Positions 48,722 to 59,918 are shown, numbered from the stretch's first letter. The stretch: 64,000 nucleotides of DNA from Eubacteriales bacterium (GCA_030533415.1 JAUNJE010000009.1:9268-73267); one strand, 5' to 3'. The notes: generated by a model not told the origin, from the letters alone. Program-made: numbers and translations.

Positions 48722-49510
48722 ATGAAAGAACAATTACAGCGCATCCATGCCAAGAACAAGGACTTCAACGCCGGTGACATGGCCGGTGAGTACTTCGGCT
48801 TCCGTTCAGACGTACATTACGACATGCTGGTGGTGGCGCCGGCGTGGCAGCCTACGAAAATTCTGAAGGAAATGGACTGTGAAGTCACAGTCACGGCGGA
48901 GCATACTTACACCAACGGCTATGAGGTGGTCATGGGCGGGAAACGGATCGCCTGGATGCAGTGCGCTTCCGGCGCCTGCAACCTGATCGACCATCTGCTT
49001 GTCTGCCTGGACCTGGATTTTGACAAGCTGGTTTTCCTGGGCGCGGTGGGTGCCCTGAAGCCGGGGGTTCAGGTGGGCGACGTCTGCACGCCGGTCCGCT
49101 GCATTGCCGGAACCATGGCGGACGCTTACCTTCTTGACGATTTTCGGGACTGGCAGCCCTTCCGGGAAGTAAGGCCCAATGACCCCGCCTTTGTGGAGCA
49201 GGTCATTGCCCTGGCGGATTTCCCGGTGAGGAAAGCCGGCGTGTATTGTACCGATTCCATTTCCTGCGAATATTACCACCTGGACTTCATCAAGGGATTT
49301 GATGTGGACCTGATCGAAATGGAGACCAGCTCCTTCTACCGTCTGGCCGGACTGATGGAGAAAAAAGCGGTGGCGCTGCTGGCAGTATCCGACAATTCCG
49401 CCGTCGGGGAGCCGCTGCTGGGAATGACCGAAGCGCAGCGTGACCGTTTTCATCAGGGCAGAAACATTCTGATCCCGCGGCTTCTGGAAAAAATCGCGCA
49501 GATGGACTGA
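48722..49510 (+). CDS. Nucleoside phosphorylase (PNP/UDP) family protein
   Basis: FLGAVGAL..GD, IEMETS, AVSDN motifs. Confidence 0.8.
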   Translation: MKEQLQRIHAKNKDFNAGDMAGEYFGFRSDVHYDMLVVAPAWQPTKILKEMDCEVTVTAEHTYTNGYEVVMGGKRIAWMQCASGACNLIDHLLVCLDLDFDKLVFLGAVGALKPGVQVGDVCTPVRCIAGTMADAYLLDDFRDWQPFREVRPNDPAFVEQVIALADFPVRKAGVYCTDSISCEYYHLDFIKGFDVDLIEMETSSFYRLAGLMEKKAVALLAVSDNSAVGEPLLGMTEAQRDRFHQGRNILIPRLLEKIAQMD

Positions 49511-49560
49511 TACTGTTTCTTTATAAAAATGTTTCATTTTTAAAGAAGACACCGCCTGAT
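49511..49560 (-). repeat. Repeat family A, partial copy
   Basis: Minus strand CAGGCGGTGTCTTCTTTAAAAATGAAACATTTTTATAAAGAAACAGTA matches the end of the 56385-56510 and 11232-11374 copies. Confidence 0.65.
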
Positions 49561-49597
49561 ACATCAAAGCCGCACCGCGAAAGCGGTGCGGCTGCGC

Positions 49598-50995
49598 TTA
49601 TGCGGCGGCTGCCGCATACATTTTCTTTTTCCACCTGCCCATGGCATAGACGATGATGGAAAGGACCATTCCCAAGGTCCAGGAGATCATCAGAGAGCCG
49701 AACAGGGCGATGGGGTCGCCATGGGGATATGCTTCGCTTTTGGTGAAGTGGGCCATCACATAGGCAACGGGCACCCGGATCACGATGGTGGTAACAATGG
49801 AAATCCACATGGGAGATACAGTGTCGCCCGCACCCCGCATGACACCGCCCAGCACCTGGGTCACGGAGATGCAGATGTACCCCACCGCCATAATGCGGAT
49901 CATCCGCACGGCCAGGCCGATCAGCTCCGATGTGGTGGTGAAGAACGCAAACAGGTACTTGCTGAAAAACAGCAGGATGATGGTAATGACGGTGGCAAAG
50001 GCCGCCGCGATCAGGCCGCCCTGTTTGACGCCGCTGAAGACCCGGTCGAATTTTCCGGCCCCCACATTCTGCCCCGTGTAGACGGACATGGCCTGCCCGA
50101 AGGAGAAATTGGGCATCATGGCAAAGCCGTCCACACGCATGATGATGACGTTGCAGGCAATGACCACCTCTCCCATGGCATTGGTCAGATTCAGCACCAC
50201 CATGCCGGCCATGGCCATGATGGCCTGGGTAATGCCGGAGGGGATGCCCAGCGTTAAAATGCGGCCTGAAACGGCGGGGATCAGGCGCATGGTTTTGACG
50301 CTCAGGTCGAAGATATCGTGCATTTTCACCAGCTTGATGTAGCACAGTACGGCGGAGATCCCCTGGGAGATCACGGTTGCCAGGGAAACGCCGGCGACGC
50401 CCATGTGGAAGCTTGCGACGAATACGATGTCCAGTCCCACGTTCAGTGCCGCTGCCACCAGCAGGAAGCCCAGGGCGGAAACGCTGTCCCCCAGGCCCCG
50501 CAGGACGCCGGAAAGCATGTTATAAAAGAAGAACCCCACGATGCCGTAAAAATAGATGTTCAGGTAGTCGGCGCACCACTGGATAATGGACTCCGGGGTG
50601 CCCAGCAGGGTCAGCAGGGGCATGGTCACCAGAGGGCCGGTGATCATGATGATAACGGAGGCAATGGCGGACAGGGCGATGCAGTTGCCGACGCTTTCGG
50701 TCAGCCCATTCCGGTCCTTCGCGCCGAAGCTCTGGGAGACCACGATGCCGGCGCCTGTGGCGACACCCACAAACAGCGCCAGCAGCAGGTTCAGAATGGG
50801 ACTGGCGCTGCCGACCGCCGCCAGGGCGTTATCTCCCACATAACGGCCTACAATGATGGAATCGGCGGTGTTGTACAGCTGCTGCGCCAGATTGCCCAGC
50901 AGCATGGGGATGGAAAATTCCAGAATACGCTTCCAGGGTGCGCCTTCGGTCATATCCTTCGCCGAAAACAAACTCTTCAAATTCAAAATTTTCAC
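49598..50995 (-). CDS. MATE-family efflux transporter
   Basis: QQLYNTADSIIVG, LRGLGDS, GQNVGAG. Confidence 0.93.
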   Translation of the reverse strand: MKILNLKSLFSAKDMTEGAPWKRILEFSIPMLLGNLAQQLYNTADSIIVGRYVGDNALAAVGSASPILNLLLALFVGVATGAGIVVSQSFGAKDRNGLTESVGNCIALSAIASVIIMITGPLVTMPLLTLLGTPESIIQWCADYLNIYFYGIVGFFFYNMLSGVLRGLGDSVSALGFLLVAAALNVGLDIVFVASFHMGVAGVSLATVISQGISAVLCYIKLVKMHDIFDLSVKTMRLIPAVSGRILTLGIPSGITQAIMAMAGMVVLNLTNAMGEVVIACNVIIMRVDGFAMMPNFSFGQAMSVYTGQNVGAGKFDRVFSGVKQGGLIAAAFATVITIILLFFSKYLFAFFTTTSELIGLAVRMIRIMAVGYICISVTQVLGGVMRGAGDTVSPMWISIVTTIVIRVPVAYVMAHFTKSEAYPHGDPIALFGSLMISWTLGMVLSIIVYAMGRWKKKMYAAAAA

Positions 50996-51167
50996 TCCTC
51001 TCTTTCCTGAAAAATATTGTATCCTATCTTTTGACAGAATTCAATCGCTTTTGTAAGAACAGGTAGTTTCTACAAAACTAAGTTGTCAGGACTGTGAAAG
51101 GTGCTGAATTGACACTATCGCGGAAGAAATGATAAAATAATATAATATTTGTTAAGGAGAAGTTGCC

Positions 51168-51497
51168 GTGGAGCGAAGGGAATCCATTGTAGACGCGTTT
51201 ATCCGGGAAATGCGGGAAGAAACCGGGCTGACGGTGCTCTGTCCCAGACTGTGCGGTGTGAAGCAGTTTCCCGTGGAGAATGGACGGTATCTGGTGCTGT
51301 TGTTTGAGACAGAGAACTTTACCGGGGAGCTATGTTCCTCCGATGAGGGGCAGATGGAGTGGATTTCCCGGGAAAAGCTTTCCCGGTATCCCACCGTGGA
51401 GGATCTGGAAACGCTTCTGGATGTGATGCTTCGGCCGGACCTGACAGAATTTCAGTACGTCCCGGAAGGAGACAATTGGCTGGTACAGCTGAGGTAA
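51168..51497 (+). pseudogene. N-terminally truncated Nudix hydrolase (MutX/8-oxo-dGTPase-like)
   Basis: REMREETGL and SSDEG..W present, but the ORF starts inside the Nudix box; in-frame TAA just upstream. Confidence 0.55.
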
Positions 51498-51502
51498 GCA
51501 CC

Positions 51503-52375
51503 ATGCACTTTGTAAAAGCAAAATCCATTCTCTCTGCCGGGAACGGAATGAACCTGTACCGGGGCTGCCTTCACGGGTGCATCTACTGTGATGCCAGGAG
51601 CCTGTGCTATCAGATGAACCATGTTTTTGAGGACATTGCGGTCAAGGAAAACGCCCTGGAGCTGCTGGAACAGGCGCTGAAGCGCAAACGAAAGCGCTGC
51701 ATGATCGGCACCGGGGCTATGACCGACCCCTATCTCCCCATTGAAGAAAAACTGTGCCTGACCCGGGGCGCTTTGGAACTGATTGATCAATATGGCTTTG
51801 GCGTGACGGTCCAGACAAAATCCGCGAAAATTCTGCGGGATTTGGAGCTGCTGGACAGGATCAACAGGCGGTCAAAGGCCGTGGTACAGATGACCCTGAC
51901 CACCCATGACGATTCCCTTTGCCGCTTGATCGAGCCGAATGTCTCCGTCACCTCGGAGCGCGTTGCCGCGCTGAAGGTTTTCCGGGATGCCGGGATCCCC
52001 ACGGTGGTTTGGCTTTCCCCCATCCTTCCGTTCCTCAACGACACCCGGGAGAATATCGAAGGCATTCTGCAAAGCTGCATTGACGCCAAGGTCAAGGGCA
52101 TTCTCTGCTTCAATATGGGTGTGACCCTGCGGGACGGGAACCGGGAATATTTCTACGCCCAGCTGGACAGGCACTTTCCGGGACTGAAGGAGCGCTATAT
52201 CCATACCTATGGAAACCGCTACGAGCTTCTCAGTCCCAGAAACGAAGAGCTGATGGAACTGTTTCACGGCATCTGCGAGGAAAACGGCATTTTGCATGAT
52301 GGAAACGCCGTTTTCGCGTACCTTCACGACTTCACGGAGCAGGCGGATAATTCCCAAATCAGCCTCTTTGACTGA
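51503..52375 (+). CDS. Radical SAM protein (SplB-like DNA-repair family)
   Basis: NLYRGCLHGCIYCD CxxxCxxC, TDPY, IEP, C-terminal QISLF. Confidence 0.9.
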   Translation: MHFVKAKSILSAGNGMNLYRGCLHGCIYCDARSLCYQMNHVFEDIAVKENALELLEQALKRKRKRCMIGTGAMTDPYLPIEEKLCLTRGALELIDQYGFGVTVQTKSAKILRDLELLDRINRRSKAVVQMTLTTHDDSLCRLIEPNVSVTSERVAALKVFRDAGIPTVVWLSPILPFLNDTRENIEGILQSCIDAKVKGILCFNMGVTLRDGNREYFYAQLDRHFPGLKERYIHTYGNRYELLSPRNEELMELFHGICEENGILHDGNAVFAYLHDFTEQADNSQISLFD

Positions 52376-52489
52376 GCAGCGGATAAGAGGAAAGATAATA
52401 CAACATTGACAATTGACGGCAAATAGTTTATAGTATATTTGGTTGAATTGCGTAAAAACGCAAATTACATAAAGGATAAGGTGATAAAC

Positions 52490-54172
52490 ATGTACATGGA
52501 TGATTATAAGCGCTGGCTGGCTGCCGACCTGGAGGACCCCGCTCTGACGCAGGAGCTGAAACGGATCGAGGGCCAGGACGACGAAATCAAGGACCGCTTT
52601 GCCGTGGCCCTGAAATTCGGCACTGCCGGCCTGCGGGGTGTTCTGGGGGCAGGCTCCAACCGGATGAACATTTATGTGGTCCGGCAGGCCACCCAGGGCC
52701 TTGCGAACTGGGTCAAGACCCAGGGCGGCAACCAGCTGGTTGCCATCTCCTACGACAGCCGCATCAACTCCGACGTGTTTGCCAAAACCGCCGCCTGTGT
52801 GCTGGCCGCCAACGGCATCAAGGTCCGCATCTATGACGCGCTGATGCCCGTCCCCGCCCTGTCCTTCGCTACCCGCTACTATGGCGCCAACGCCGGCATC
52901 ATGGTCACGGCTTCCCACAATCCCGCCAAGTACAACGGCTACAAGGCCTATGGCCCCGACGGCTGCCAGATGACCGACGATGCCGCCGCCATTGTCTATG
53001 CCGAGATTCAAAAGACCGACATCCTCACCGGCGCCAGGCTGGTTTCCTTTGAGGAGGGCTTGGCCCAGGGACTGATCGAGTACGTGGGCGACGACTGCAA
53101 GGAGGCGCTGTATGACGCCATCAAGGCCCGCTCTGTCCGTCCCGGCCTGTGCAGGACCGCGGGACTGAAGCTGGTTTACTCCCCCTTGAACGGCTCCGGC
53201 CTGGTGCCCGTCACCCGGGTCCTGCGGGACATCGGCATCGACGACATTACCATCGTCCCCGAGCAGCAATATCCCGACGGCAATTTCCCCACCTGTCCCT
53301 ATCCCAATCCCGAGATCTTCGAGGCACTGCGCTTAGGGCTGGAGCTGGCGAAGAAATCCGGCGCTGACCTGATGCTGGCCACCGATCCCGACGCCGACCG
53401 GGTCGGCATTGCCATCAAGTGTCCCGACGGTTCCTATGAGCTGGTTTCCGGCAATGAAGTGGGCGTTCTGCTGCTGGACTATATCTGCCAGGGCCGCATT
53501 GAAAAGGGAACCATGCCCAAAAATGCCGTGGCTGTCAAGTCCATCGTCTCCACCCCCCTGGCCGACGCTGTCGCCGCCAACTATGGTGTGGAAATGCGCA
53601 GCGTGCTGACGGGCTTCAAGTGGATCGGCGACCAAATCGCCAATCTGGAAGCAGCCGGGGAGGTTGACCGCTTCATCTTCGGCTTTGAAGAGAGCTACGG
53701 CTATCTCGCCGGTCCCTATGTCCGGGACAAGGATGCCATCATCGGCTCCATGCTGATCTGCGAAATGGCCGCCTACTACCGCTCCATCGGCTCCTCCATC
53801 AAAGAGCGCTTGGAAGCCATCTATGCCAAGTACGGCCGCTATCTGAACAAGGTGGACTCCTTTGAGTTCCCCGGCCTGTCCGGTATGGACAAGATGACGG
53901 GCATCATGGATTCCCTGCGCAGCAATCCGCCCACGCAGATCGGCGGCTACAAGGTCACCAAGGTCACCGACTACAAAAAGCCCGAAGAGACTGGCCTGCC
54001 TGCGGCGAATGTCCTGATCTACGCACTGGAAGGCGGTGCCACCGTGGTGGTCCGTCCCTCCGGCACCGAGCCGAAGATTAAGACCTACTTCACCACCCTG
54101 GGCAAGGATTTGGCGGAAGCCGAGGCCCAGAAGGCCGTTTTGGCGGAAGCGCTGAAGCCCATTTTGGCATAA
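52490..54172 (+). CDS. pgm: Phosphoglucomutase/phosphomannomutase
   Basis: FGTAGLRG, TASHNP, DPDADR, GFEES, RPSGTEPK. Confidence 0.93.
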   Translation: MYMDDYKRWLAADLEDPALTQELKRIEGQDDEIKDRFAVALKFGTAGLRGVLGAGSNRMNIYVVRQATQGLANWVKTQGGNQLVAISYDSRINSDVFAKTAACVLAANGIKVRIYDALMPVPALSFATRYYGANAGIMVTASHNPAKYNGYKAYGPDGCQMTDDAAAIVYAEIQKTDILTGARLVSFEEGLAQGLIEYVGDDCKEALYDAIKARSVRPGLCRTAGLKLVYSPLNGSGLVPVTRVLRDIGIDDITIVPEQQYPDGNFPTCPYPNPEIFEALRLGLELAKKSGADLMLATDPDADRVGIAIKCPDGSYELVSGNEVGVLLLDYICQGRIEKGTMPKNAVAVKSIVSTPLADAVAANYGVEMRSVLTGFKWIGDQIANLEAAGEVDRFIFGFEESYGYLAGPYVRDKDAIIGSMLICEMAAYYRSIGSSIKERLEAIYAKYGRYLNKVDSFEFPGLSGMDKMTGIMDSLRSNPPTQIGGYKVTKVTDYKKPEETGLPAANVLIYALEGGATVVVRPSGTEPKIKTYFTTLGKDLAEAEAQKAVLAEALKPILA

Positions 54173-54250
54173 CGGTTATCTCCAAAGTCCCCAAGCGCGC
54201 TAAGCCGCTTGGGGACTTTTGGTAAATGATATGGAAAGGAACTGCGCAAT

Positions 54251-54820
54251 ATGGAATACATCCCGATTCCGGTCCTGGAAACCCGGCGGCTGCTTCTGCG
54301 GAAGCTGAATATGCAGGATGCTCCCCACTATTTTACCCGTCTGGGCAGCAGCGGGAGGGTAACGGAGCACATGCTGTGGGACCCGCATCAGGACATTTCC
54401 GAATCCATTGCCAGCATACAAAAAACCCTTGCACGGTACGGGGCCGGACATTGTTACCGGTGGGGCATCGCGCTGCGCAGTGACAATTCTCTGATCGGTG
54501 TCATTGAACTGCTGAGATTTGATGAGACTGCGAACGCCTGCAGCTTTGCCTACATGCTGGGAGAGGACTTCTGGGGAGTGGGCTATGGAACCGAGACCCT
54601 GGAGGCCGTTTTCCGGTTTGCCTTCATGGAGCTAAAGATAGAAACCATTGTTTCAGATCATTTTGCGGAAAATCCCGCCTCCGGGGCGGCTATGCGAAAG
54701 GCCGGGATGCGGTATCTAAGGACGCTGCCCGGAAAATACGAAAAGCACGGAATCCTGCACGATGCCCTGGAATACCGGATAACAAAGGAAGAATGGGACA
54801 GAAAAACACGGCACCCGTAG
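54251..54820 (+). CDS. GNAT acetyltransferase (RimJ/RimL-like)
   Basis: LETRRLLLR, FWGVGYG, NPASG..M.KAGM. Confidence 0.88.
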   Translation: MEYIPIPVLETRRLLLRKLNMQDAPHYFTRLGSSGRVTEHMLWDPHQDISESIASIQKTLARYGAGHCYRWGIALRSDNSLIGVIELLRFDETANACSFAYMLGEDFWGVGYGTETLEAVFRFAFMELKIETIVSDHFAENPASGAAMRKAGMRYLRTLPGKYEKHGILHDALEYRITKEEWDRKTRHP

Positions 54821-54839
54821 TGCCGTGCTTTTTGTTGTT

Positions 54840-56222
54840 CTATTGTAACTTCGCTTCCTTTTGGGGCGCTTCCTGTCTGAAAATCCGCAGCAGCATGATC
54901 ACTGCGGCAATTGCCAGAAGGAATTCCGCCATAAACTGGGCGTATGCCAAACCATACAGTGGAAAAATGGCATTCAGCAGGAACAGCAGCGGAATTTCCA
55001 GAACTACCTTCCGCAGGACCGCGAAGATCAGAGAGTATTTTCCCATGCCCAGGGACGCAAAGACACCCACCACCATGAAATCCGTGCAAAGGAACACCAT
55101 ACCGAGGCATAGTCCCCGCAGGAACGCCGTGCCGTAGGACACGATTTCGGCGTTGTCCATGAACAAACGGATCAGTCCCGGCGCGTTGAACCAGTAAAGA
55201 GCCGTAACCGCCGCCATGATGGGCAGGATGATGCTCATGGCAAAGACGATGCTGTTTTTCATCCGCTTGCGGTTGCCGCTGGCGTAATTATAACTGACCA
55301 GAGGCATAATGCCCTGGGAAAAGCCCATGGCTACCTGCATAGGCAGCATACTGATTTTGGAGGCAACGCCCATGGCCGCGACAGCGGAGGCTCCATAGAC
55401 CGCGGTGAAATTGTTGAGAATGGTGGAGCCGGTGACGTTCAGAAGATTTTGGATGGATGCAGGCACGCCGACCCCCAGAATGCCCAAGACCACTTCCTTG
55501 CTCAGCTTTTTCAGCTTGCGGATATCCAGGCACACAAAGGTCTTTCCACGCTTGGCGCTTGCCAGCACAAAGAAGTAGCCGCAGGCTACACAGTTGCTCA
55601 GGAAGGTGGCCAGGCCAGCGCCTGCGGCCCCCATATTCAGCCCCCAAGGCAGAATGAAGATGGGGTCCAAAACGATGTTCAGCACGCAGCCGCTCATGGT
55701 GCCGATGCTGGCATGCACGGACGCACCCTCGCTGCGCACCATCTGGCCCTGCACCACATTCAAAATCGCGGGCATGGCGCCGCAGGTCACCGTCCAGAAC
55801 ATATAATTGGCAGTTGCCTCCCATGTGGTGGCGTCCGTACCCAGCAGGTGCATCAGCGGCGTTCGAAACAGCGTGCACAGCACCGCAAACAGCAGGCCGC
55901 TGAATACCGCCCCATAAAACCCGAAGGCGGAGCTGGTCCGCACCATCTCATAATCGCCCCGGCCCAGGCTGCGGCTCATCATACTGGAGGTGCCAACCCC
56001 AAACAGGTTGTTTACTGCATTGAAAGCCAGCATCACGGGATACACCAGCGTTACCGCCGCATTCTGCACAGGGTCATTCAGCATACCCACAAAGAAAGTG
56101 TCCGCCAGATTGTAAATTACCATCACCAGAGAGGTGACCACCATGGGGATGGTCAGCTGTGCCACTGCCTTCGGAATGGGCATGGCTTCGAATAAGTATG
56201 TCTTGCTGTTGTCCTGCTCCAT
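54840..56222 (-). CDS. MATE-family efflux transporter
   Basis: IYNLADTFFV, VRSEG, LNIVLDPIFI. Confidence 0.93.
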   Translation of the reverse strand: MEQDNSKTYLFEAMPIPKAVAQLTIPMVVTSLVMVIYNLADTFFVGMLNDPVQNAAVTLVYPVMLAFNAVNNLFGVGTSSMMSRSLGRGDYEMVRTSSAFGFYGAVFSGLLFAVLCTLFRTPLMHLLGTDATTWEATANYMFWTVTCGAMPAILNVVQGQMVRSEGASVHASIGTMSGCVLNIVLDPIFILPWGLNMGAAGAGLATFLSNCVACGYFFVLASAKRGKTFVCLDIRKLKKLSKEVVLGILGVGVPASIQNLLNVTGSTILNNFTAVYGASAVAAMGVASKISMLPMQVAMGFSQGIMPLVSYNYASGNRKRMKNSIVFAMSIILPIMAAVTALYWFNAPGLIRLFMDNAEIVSYGTAFLRGLCLGMVFLCTDFMVVGVFASLGMGKYSLIFAVLRKVVLEIPLLFLLNAIFPLYGLAYAQFMAEFLLAIAAVIMLLRIFRQEAPQKEAKLQ

Positions 56223-56384
56223 AAACCGTTCCTTTCTCTGACCGAAATCAAGTTAGCTCCCTGTTCGGATATCTTTACCGCCGGATTTTATGCAGACTCG
56301 TTTCTGATCCTTTTCCGTTTTCCACAGAAATCCCCGTTCCGGGTCAATTCCGGGGACCTCCGGATGCCCCCCAAACCGTGTCTC

Positions 56385-56510
56385 ATACTGTTTCTTTCTA
56401 AAAATGATTCATTTTTAGAAAGAAGGCACCGCCTGGCGGCGTTGCTGTTTTTGTGATTTTTAAGATAGAAAATCACGAAAACACGTCTCATAATGATCTT
56501 CCTATTAAAA
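56385..56510 (-). repeat. Repeat family A copy
   Basis: Reverse complement matches 11270-11374; includes palindrome TTTCTAAAAATGA.TCATTTTTAGAAA. Confidence 0.75.
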
Positions 56511-56927
56511 AGTATAACTTAGTATAACAGATGTTGCATGCAAATTCAATAGCAGGCAGGGGGAACCCTTTTACCGGATTTCCGGGGGAGAAGGTGCCGG
56601 ATTTGCCGCGGATGTCCACATCAAAAGAACGCCTTTCCGCGGCTGGGATACAAAATCGGCAGAATGAAGAAAAATAGGGCATTCTATTTTGCATTATTAT
56701 GAATATTATACAATTTTTGCTTATTTCTATCCCACAAAGCGCCACGTTTTTGCATTTTTGGACGTGAAAAAACTCGTAACAACCGCGATTTTAACAGAAT
56801 TTTGGGGGGTCGAAAAGCTTGGCTTGCAATTTTTAGCTTGCAAAATTGCAAATCAAAGTGTATAATCATCACATAATCCATATTTGGAAGCAATTCCAAG
56901 GGAAAAGAAGACGAGGAGGAACCTGTT

Positions 56928-57893
56928 ATGAAAATGAAGAAGATGCTTTCTATCGTTCTGGCGATGGCTTTGGTGCTCACCCTGGCGGCCTGCAGCGGCT
57001 CCGGAAGCGGGAAGATGACCATGGGTACCGGCGGTACCTCAGGCACCTATTATGCCTTTGGCGGCGTTCTGGGCCAGTACATCAAAAACCACGCAGGTAT
57101 CGATGTTACCATCGTTTCCACCGACGGCTCCAAGGCCAATATCGAAAGCATTGCCGCTGGGGACTACCAGCTGGGCCTGGTGCAGTCCGATGTTATGGCC
57201 TATGCCTGGGAGGGCACCCGCTCCTTTGAGTCCAACGGCAAGGTAGATTCCTTCCGCGTGGTTGCCGGCTTGTACGCCGAGGCGGTGCAGCTGATCACCA
57301 TGGATCCGGAAATCAAGAGCGTTGCCGACCTGGCGGGCAAGAGCGTATCCATCGGCGCGCCCAGCTCCGGCGTTTATTTTAACGCCGTGGATATCCTGGC
57401 AGCGGCCGGCCTGACGGAGGCGGATATTAAGCCCCAGTATCAGAGCTTTGCGGACAGCACCGACGCCCTGAAGGACGGGAAAATCGACGCCGCGTTCATT
57501 GTTGCCGGTGCTCCCACCGCCGCCATCACGGAGCTTTGCACCACCAACAGCGCTTACTTAATCCCCATTGACGGTGCCATAGCGGATACCCTGATGGCCG
57601 ACTGCCCCTTCTATACCGCTTATACCATTCCCGCCGGCACCTACAGCGGTCAGGACACGGATGTGACCACCGTTACGGTGAAGGCCACTCTGATCGTCTC
57701 CGCCTCCGCCAGCGAGGACAGCGTCTACAATCTGACCAAGGCGATCTTCGACAATGCCGACGCCATTGCGGCGGAAAACGGCAAGGGTGCTGAGCTGAGC
57801 GTCGGGAACGCTACCAGCGGCATGTCCGCACCCTTCCATGCCGGTGCTGCCAAGTACTTTGCCGAAAAGGGTGTCACCGTCGAGAGCGAGTAA
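56928..57893 (+). CDS. TAXI-family TRAP transporter solute-binding lipoprotein
   Basis: Lipobox LAAC, TGGTSGTYY, GS.ANI, QSD, PFH.GA..YF. Confidence 0.93.
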   Translation: MKMKKMLSIVLAMALVLTLAACSGSGSGKMTMGTGGTSGTYYAFGGVLGQYIKNHAGIDVTIVSTDGSKANIESIAAGDYQLGLVQSDVMAYAWEGTRSFESNGKVDSFRVVAGLYAEAVQLITMDPEIKSVADLAGKSVSIGAPSSGVYFNAVDILAAAGLTEADIKPQYQSFADSTDALKDGKIDAAFIVAGAPTAAITELCTTNSAYLIPIDGAIADTLMADCPFYTAYTIPAGTYSGQDTDVTTVTVKATLIVSASASEDSVYNLTKAIFDNADAIAAENGKGAELSVGNATSGMSAPFHAGAAKYFAEKGVTVESE

Positions 57894-57971
57894 TTTCGGA
57901 AAACATACGGCGATTGGCTGCGGCGAATCCCTGCCGCAGCCAATTTCATACGATTTGTTAGGAGGTAGACA

Positions 57972-59918
57972 ATGGCGTTATTTAAGAAGGAACCAAAACC
58001 CGAAGAGCCCATGGACCTGGAGTCCGTAATGAAGAAATACGACCGGGAATCCAATGTCCGAATCTGGGAAGGGAAGGCAAGATGGGCGGTCAACTGCATT
58101 CTTGCGCTTTTCTCCCTGTTCTGTATCTACGTTACCCTGTTCACCAGCTGGCTGGAGGAGCTGCGCCTGACCTCCTTTGTGGCCTTCATCATTTTCCTGG
58201 GTTACCTGGTGTTCCCGGCCAAAAAGGGACAGCAAAAGGTCAATTACATGCCATGGTACGACATCTTTCTGATGATCGCGGGCACCGGCGCTTTTTTGTA
58301 TTTTACCGCCAACGCCATCAGCATCATCCAGCAGGGCAGCAATTTCGCGTGGTATCAGATTGTTATCGGCATTGTGGGCATTCTCTCCCTGGCCGAGGTC
58401 TGCCGCCGCAGTGTGGGCCTGCCCATTCTGATCGTCGCGGCCTGCTTTCTTGTTTACGCGCTGGTATGGGGGCTTTCCAATCCGTCCTTTGTGGGCAAGC
58501 TGAATTATGCGGTCCGTTACCTGTTCTACAGCAAGGAGGGCATTCTGTCCACCCCCATTAACGTGTGCTCCAAATTCATCGTGGTGTTCATCATCTTCGG
58601 CGCATTCTTAGAGCGAACCGGCATCGCGGATTTCTTCATCAACATTTCCAATGCCGTCGTCGGCGGCTTCTCCGGCGGTCCGGCGAAGGTGGCGGTGGTC
58701 ACCAGCGCCATGGAGGGCATGGTCTCCGGCTCCTCCGTCGCCAATACGGTGGGCAGCGGTTCCGTTACCATCCCCCTGATGAAGAAGACCGGATATACGC
58801 CGGAATTTGCCGCGGCGGCGGAAGCCTCCGCTTCCACCGGCGGCCAGATTATGCCGCCTATTATGGGCGCCGCCGCATTTTTGATGGCGGATTATGTTCA
58901 GGTTCCCTACAGCGAAATCGTGGTCAAGGCCATTCTGCCTGCCGTGCTGTACTTCACCGGCATTTTCATCGCCGTCCACCTGGAGGCCAAGAAGCTGGGC
59001 CTGCGGGGCCTGACAAAGGAAGAGCTTCCCAAGATCCGCCCCCTGCTGAGGCAGACCTACCTGCTGCTGCCTCTGGTGCTGCTGATCTATCTGGTCAGCA
59101 CCAACCAGAAGAGCATCCAGTATGCCGCGGCCATGGCCATTGTGGCGACCATCTTCGTCAGCCTCTTCAACAGGGAAAACCGCATTACCCCCAAACGGAT
59201 TCTGGAAGCCCTTGCCGCCGGCGGCCAGGGGACCATTACGGTTGCCGCCGCCTGCGGCGTGGCGGGCATCATCGCGGGCACCATCACCATGACCGGACTT
59301 GCCAATATGCTGATCAACGGCATCGTGGTGATGGCCGGCAACCATGTGATCATCGCGCTGTTTTTGACCATGATCTGCTGCATCGTGCTGGGCATGGGCG
59401 TTCCCACCACTGCGAACTACTGCATTATGGCAGCCACCTGCGCCCCCATTCTGGTGCGGATGGGTGTTCCCGCCATTGCGGCCCATTTCTTCGTGTTCTA
59501 TTTCGGCATCGTGGCGGATCTGACACCGCCTGTGGCGTTGGCTGCCTATGCAGGCGCTGCCATCGCGCAGGGCAATCCCATGAAAACGGCGCTGACCTCC
59601 ACCAAGCTGGCCATCGCGGCGTTCATCGTACCTTATGTATTTGCCCTGAACCCCGCCATGCTGCTGATTGACACCACGGCAGGTGAGGTCGTTCTGATCT
59701 GCATCACATCCCTGGTGGGAATTTTTGCCATAGCCGCCGCTTTGGAAGGGTACCTGTTCCACCGTATTCCCTGGTATCTGCGCATTGTCAGTGCCGTGGG
59801 GGGCCTGATGCTGATCTATCCCGGCCTGGTGACGGACACTGCCGGCGTGGCAATGGTGGGAGCTGTGGCCCTGCTGCAATATTTCAGCAGAAAGACCGCT
59901 CCGACCTCTCTGGCATAA
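57972..59918 (+). CDS. TRAP transporter fused 4TM/12TM permease
   Basis: GGPAKVAV, SGSSVAN, ASTGGQIMPP, GMGVPT, DLTPPVALAA. Confidence 0.95.
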   Translation: MALFKKEPKPEEPMDLESVMKKYDRESNVRIWEGKARWAVNCILALFSLFCIYVTLFTSWLEELRLTSFVAFIIFLGYLVFPAKKGQQKVNYMPWYDIFLMIAGTGAFLYFTANAISIIQQGSNFAWYQIVIGIVGILSLAEVCRRSVGLPILIVAACFLVYALVWGLSNPSFVGKLNYAVRYLFYSKEGILSTPINVCSKFIVVFIIFGAFLERTGIADFFINISNAVVGGFSGGPAKVAVVTSAMEGMVSGSSVANTVGSGSVTIPLMKKTGYTPEFAAAAEASASTGGQIMPPIMGAAAFLMADYVQVPYSEIVVKAILPAVLYFTGIFIAVHLEAKKLGLRGLTKEELPKIRPLLRQTYLLLPLVLLIYLVSTNQKSIQYAAAMAIVATIFVSLFNRENRITPKRILEALAAGGQGTITVAAACGVAGIIAGTITMTGLANMLINGIVVMAGNHVIIALFLTMICCIVLGMGVPTTANYCIMAATCAPILVRMGVPAIAAHFFVFYFGIVADLTPPVALAAYAGAAIAQGNPMKTALTSTKLAIAAFIVPYVFALNPAMLLIDTTAGEVVLICITSLVGIFAIAAALEGYLFHRIPWYLRIVSAVGGLMLIYPGLVTDTAGVAMVGAVALLQYFSRKTAPTSLA

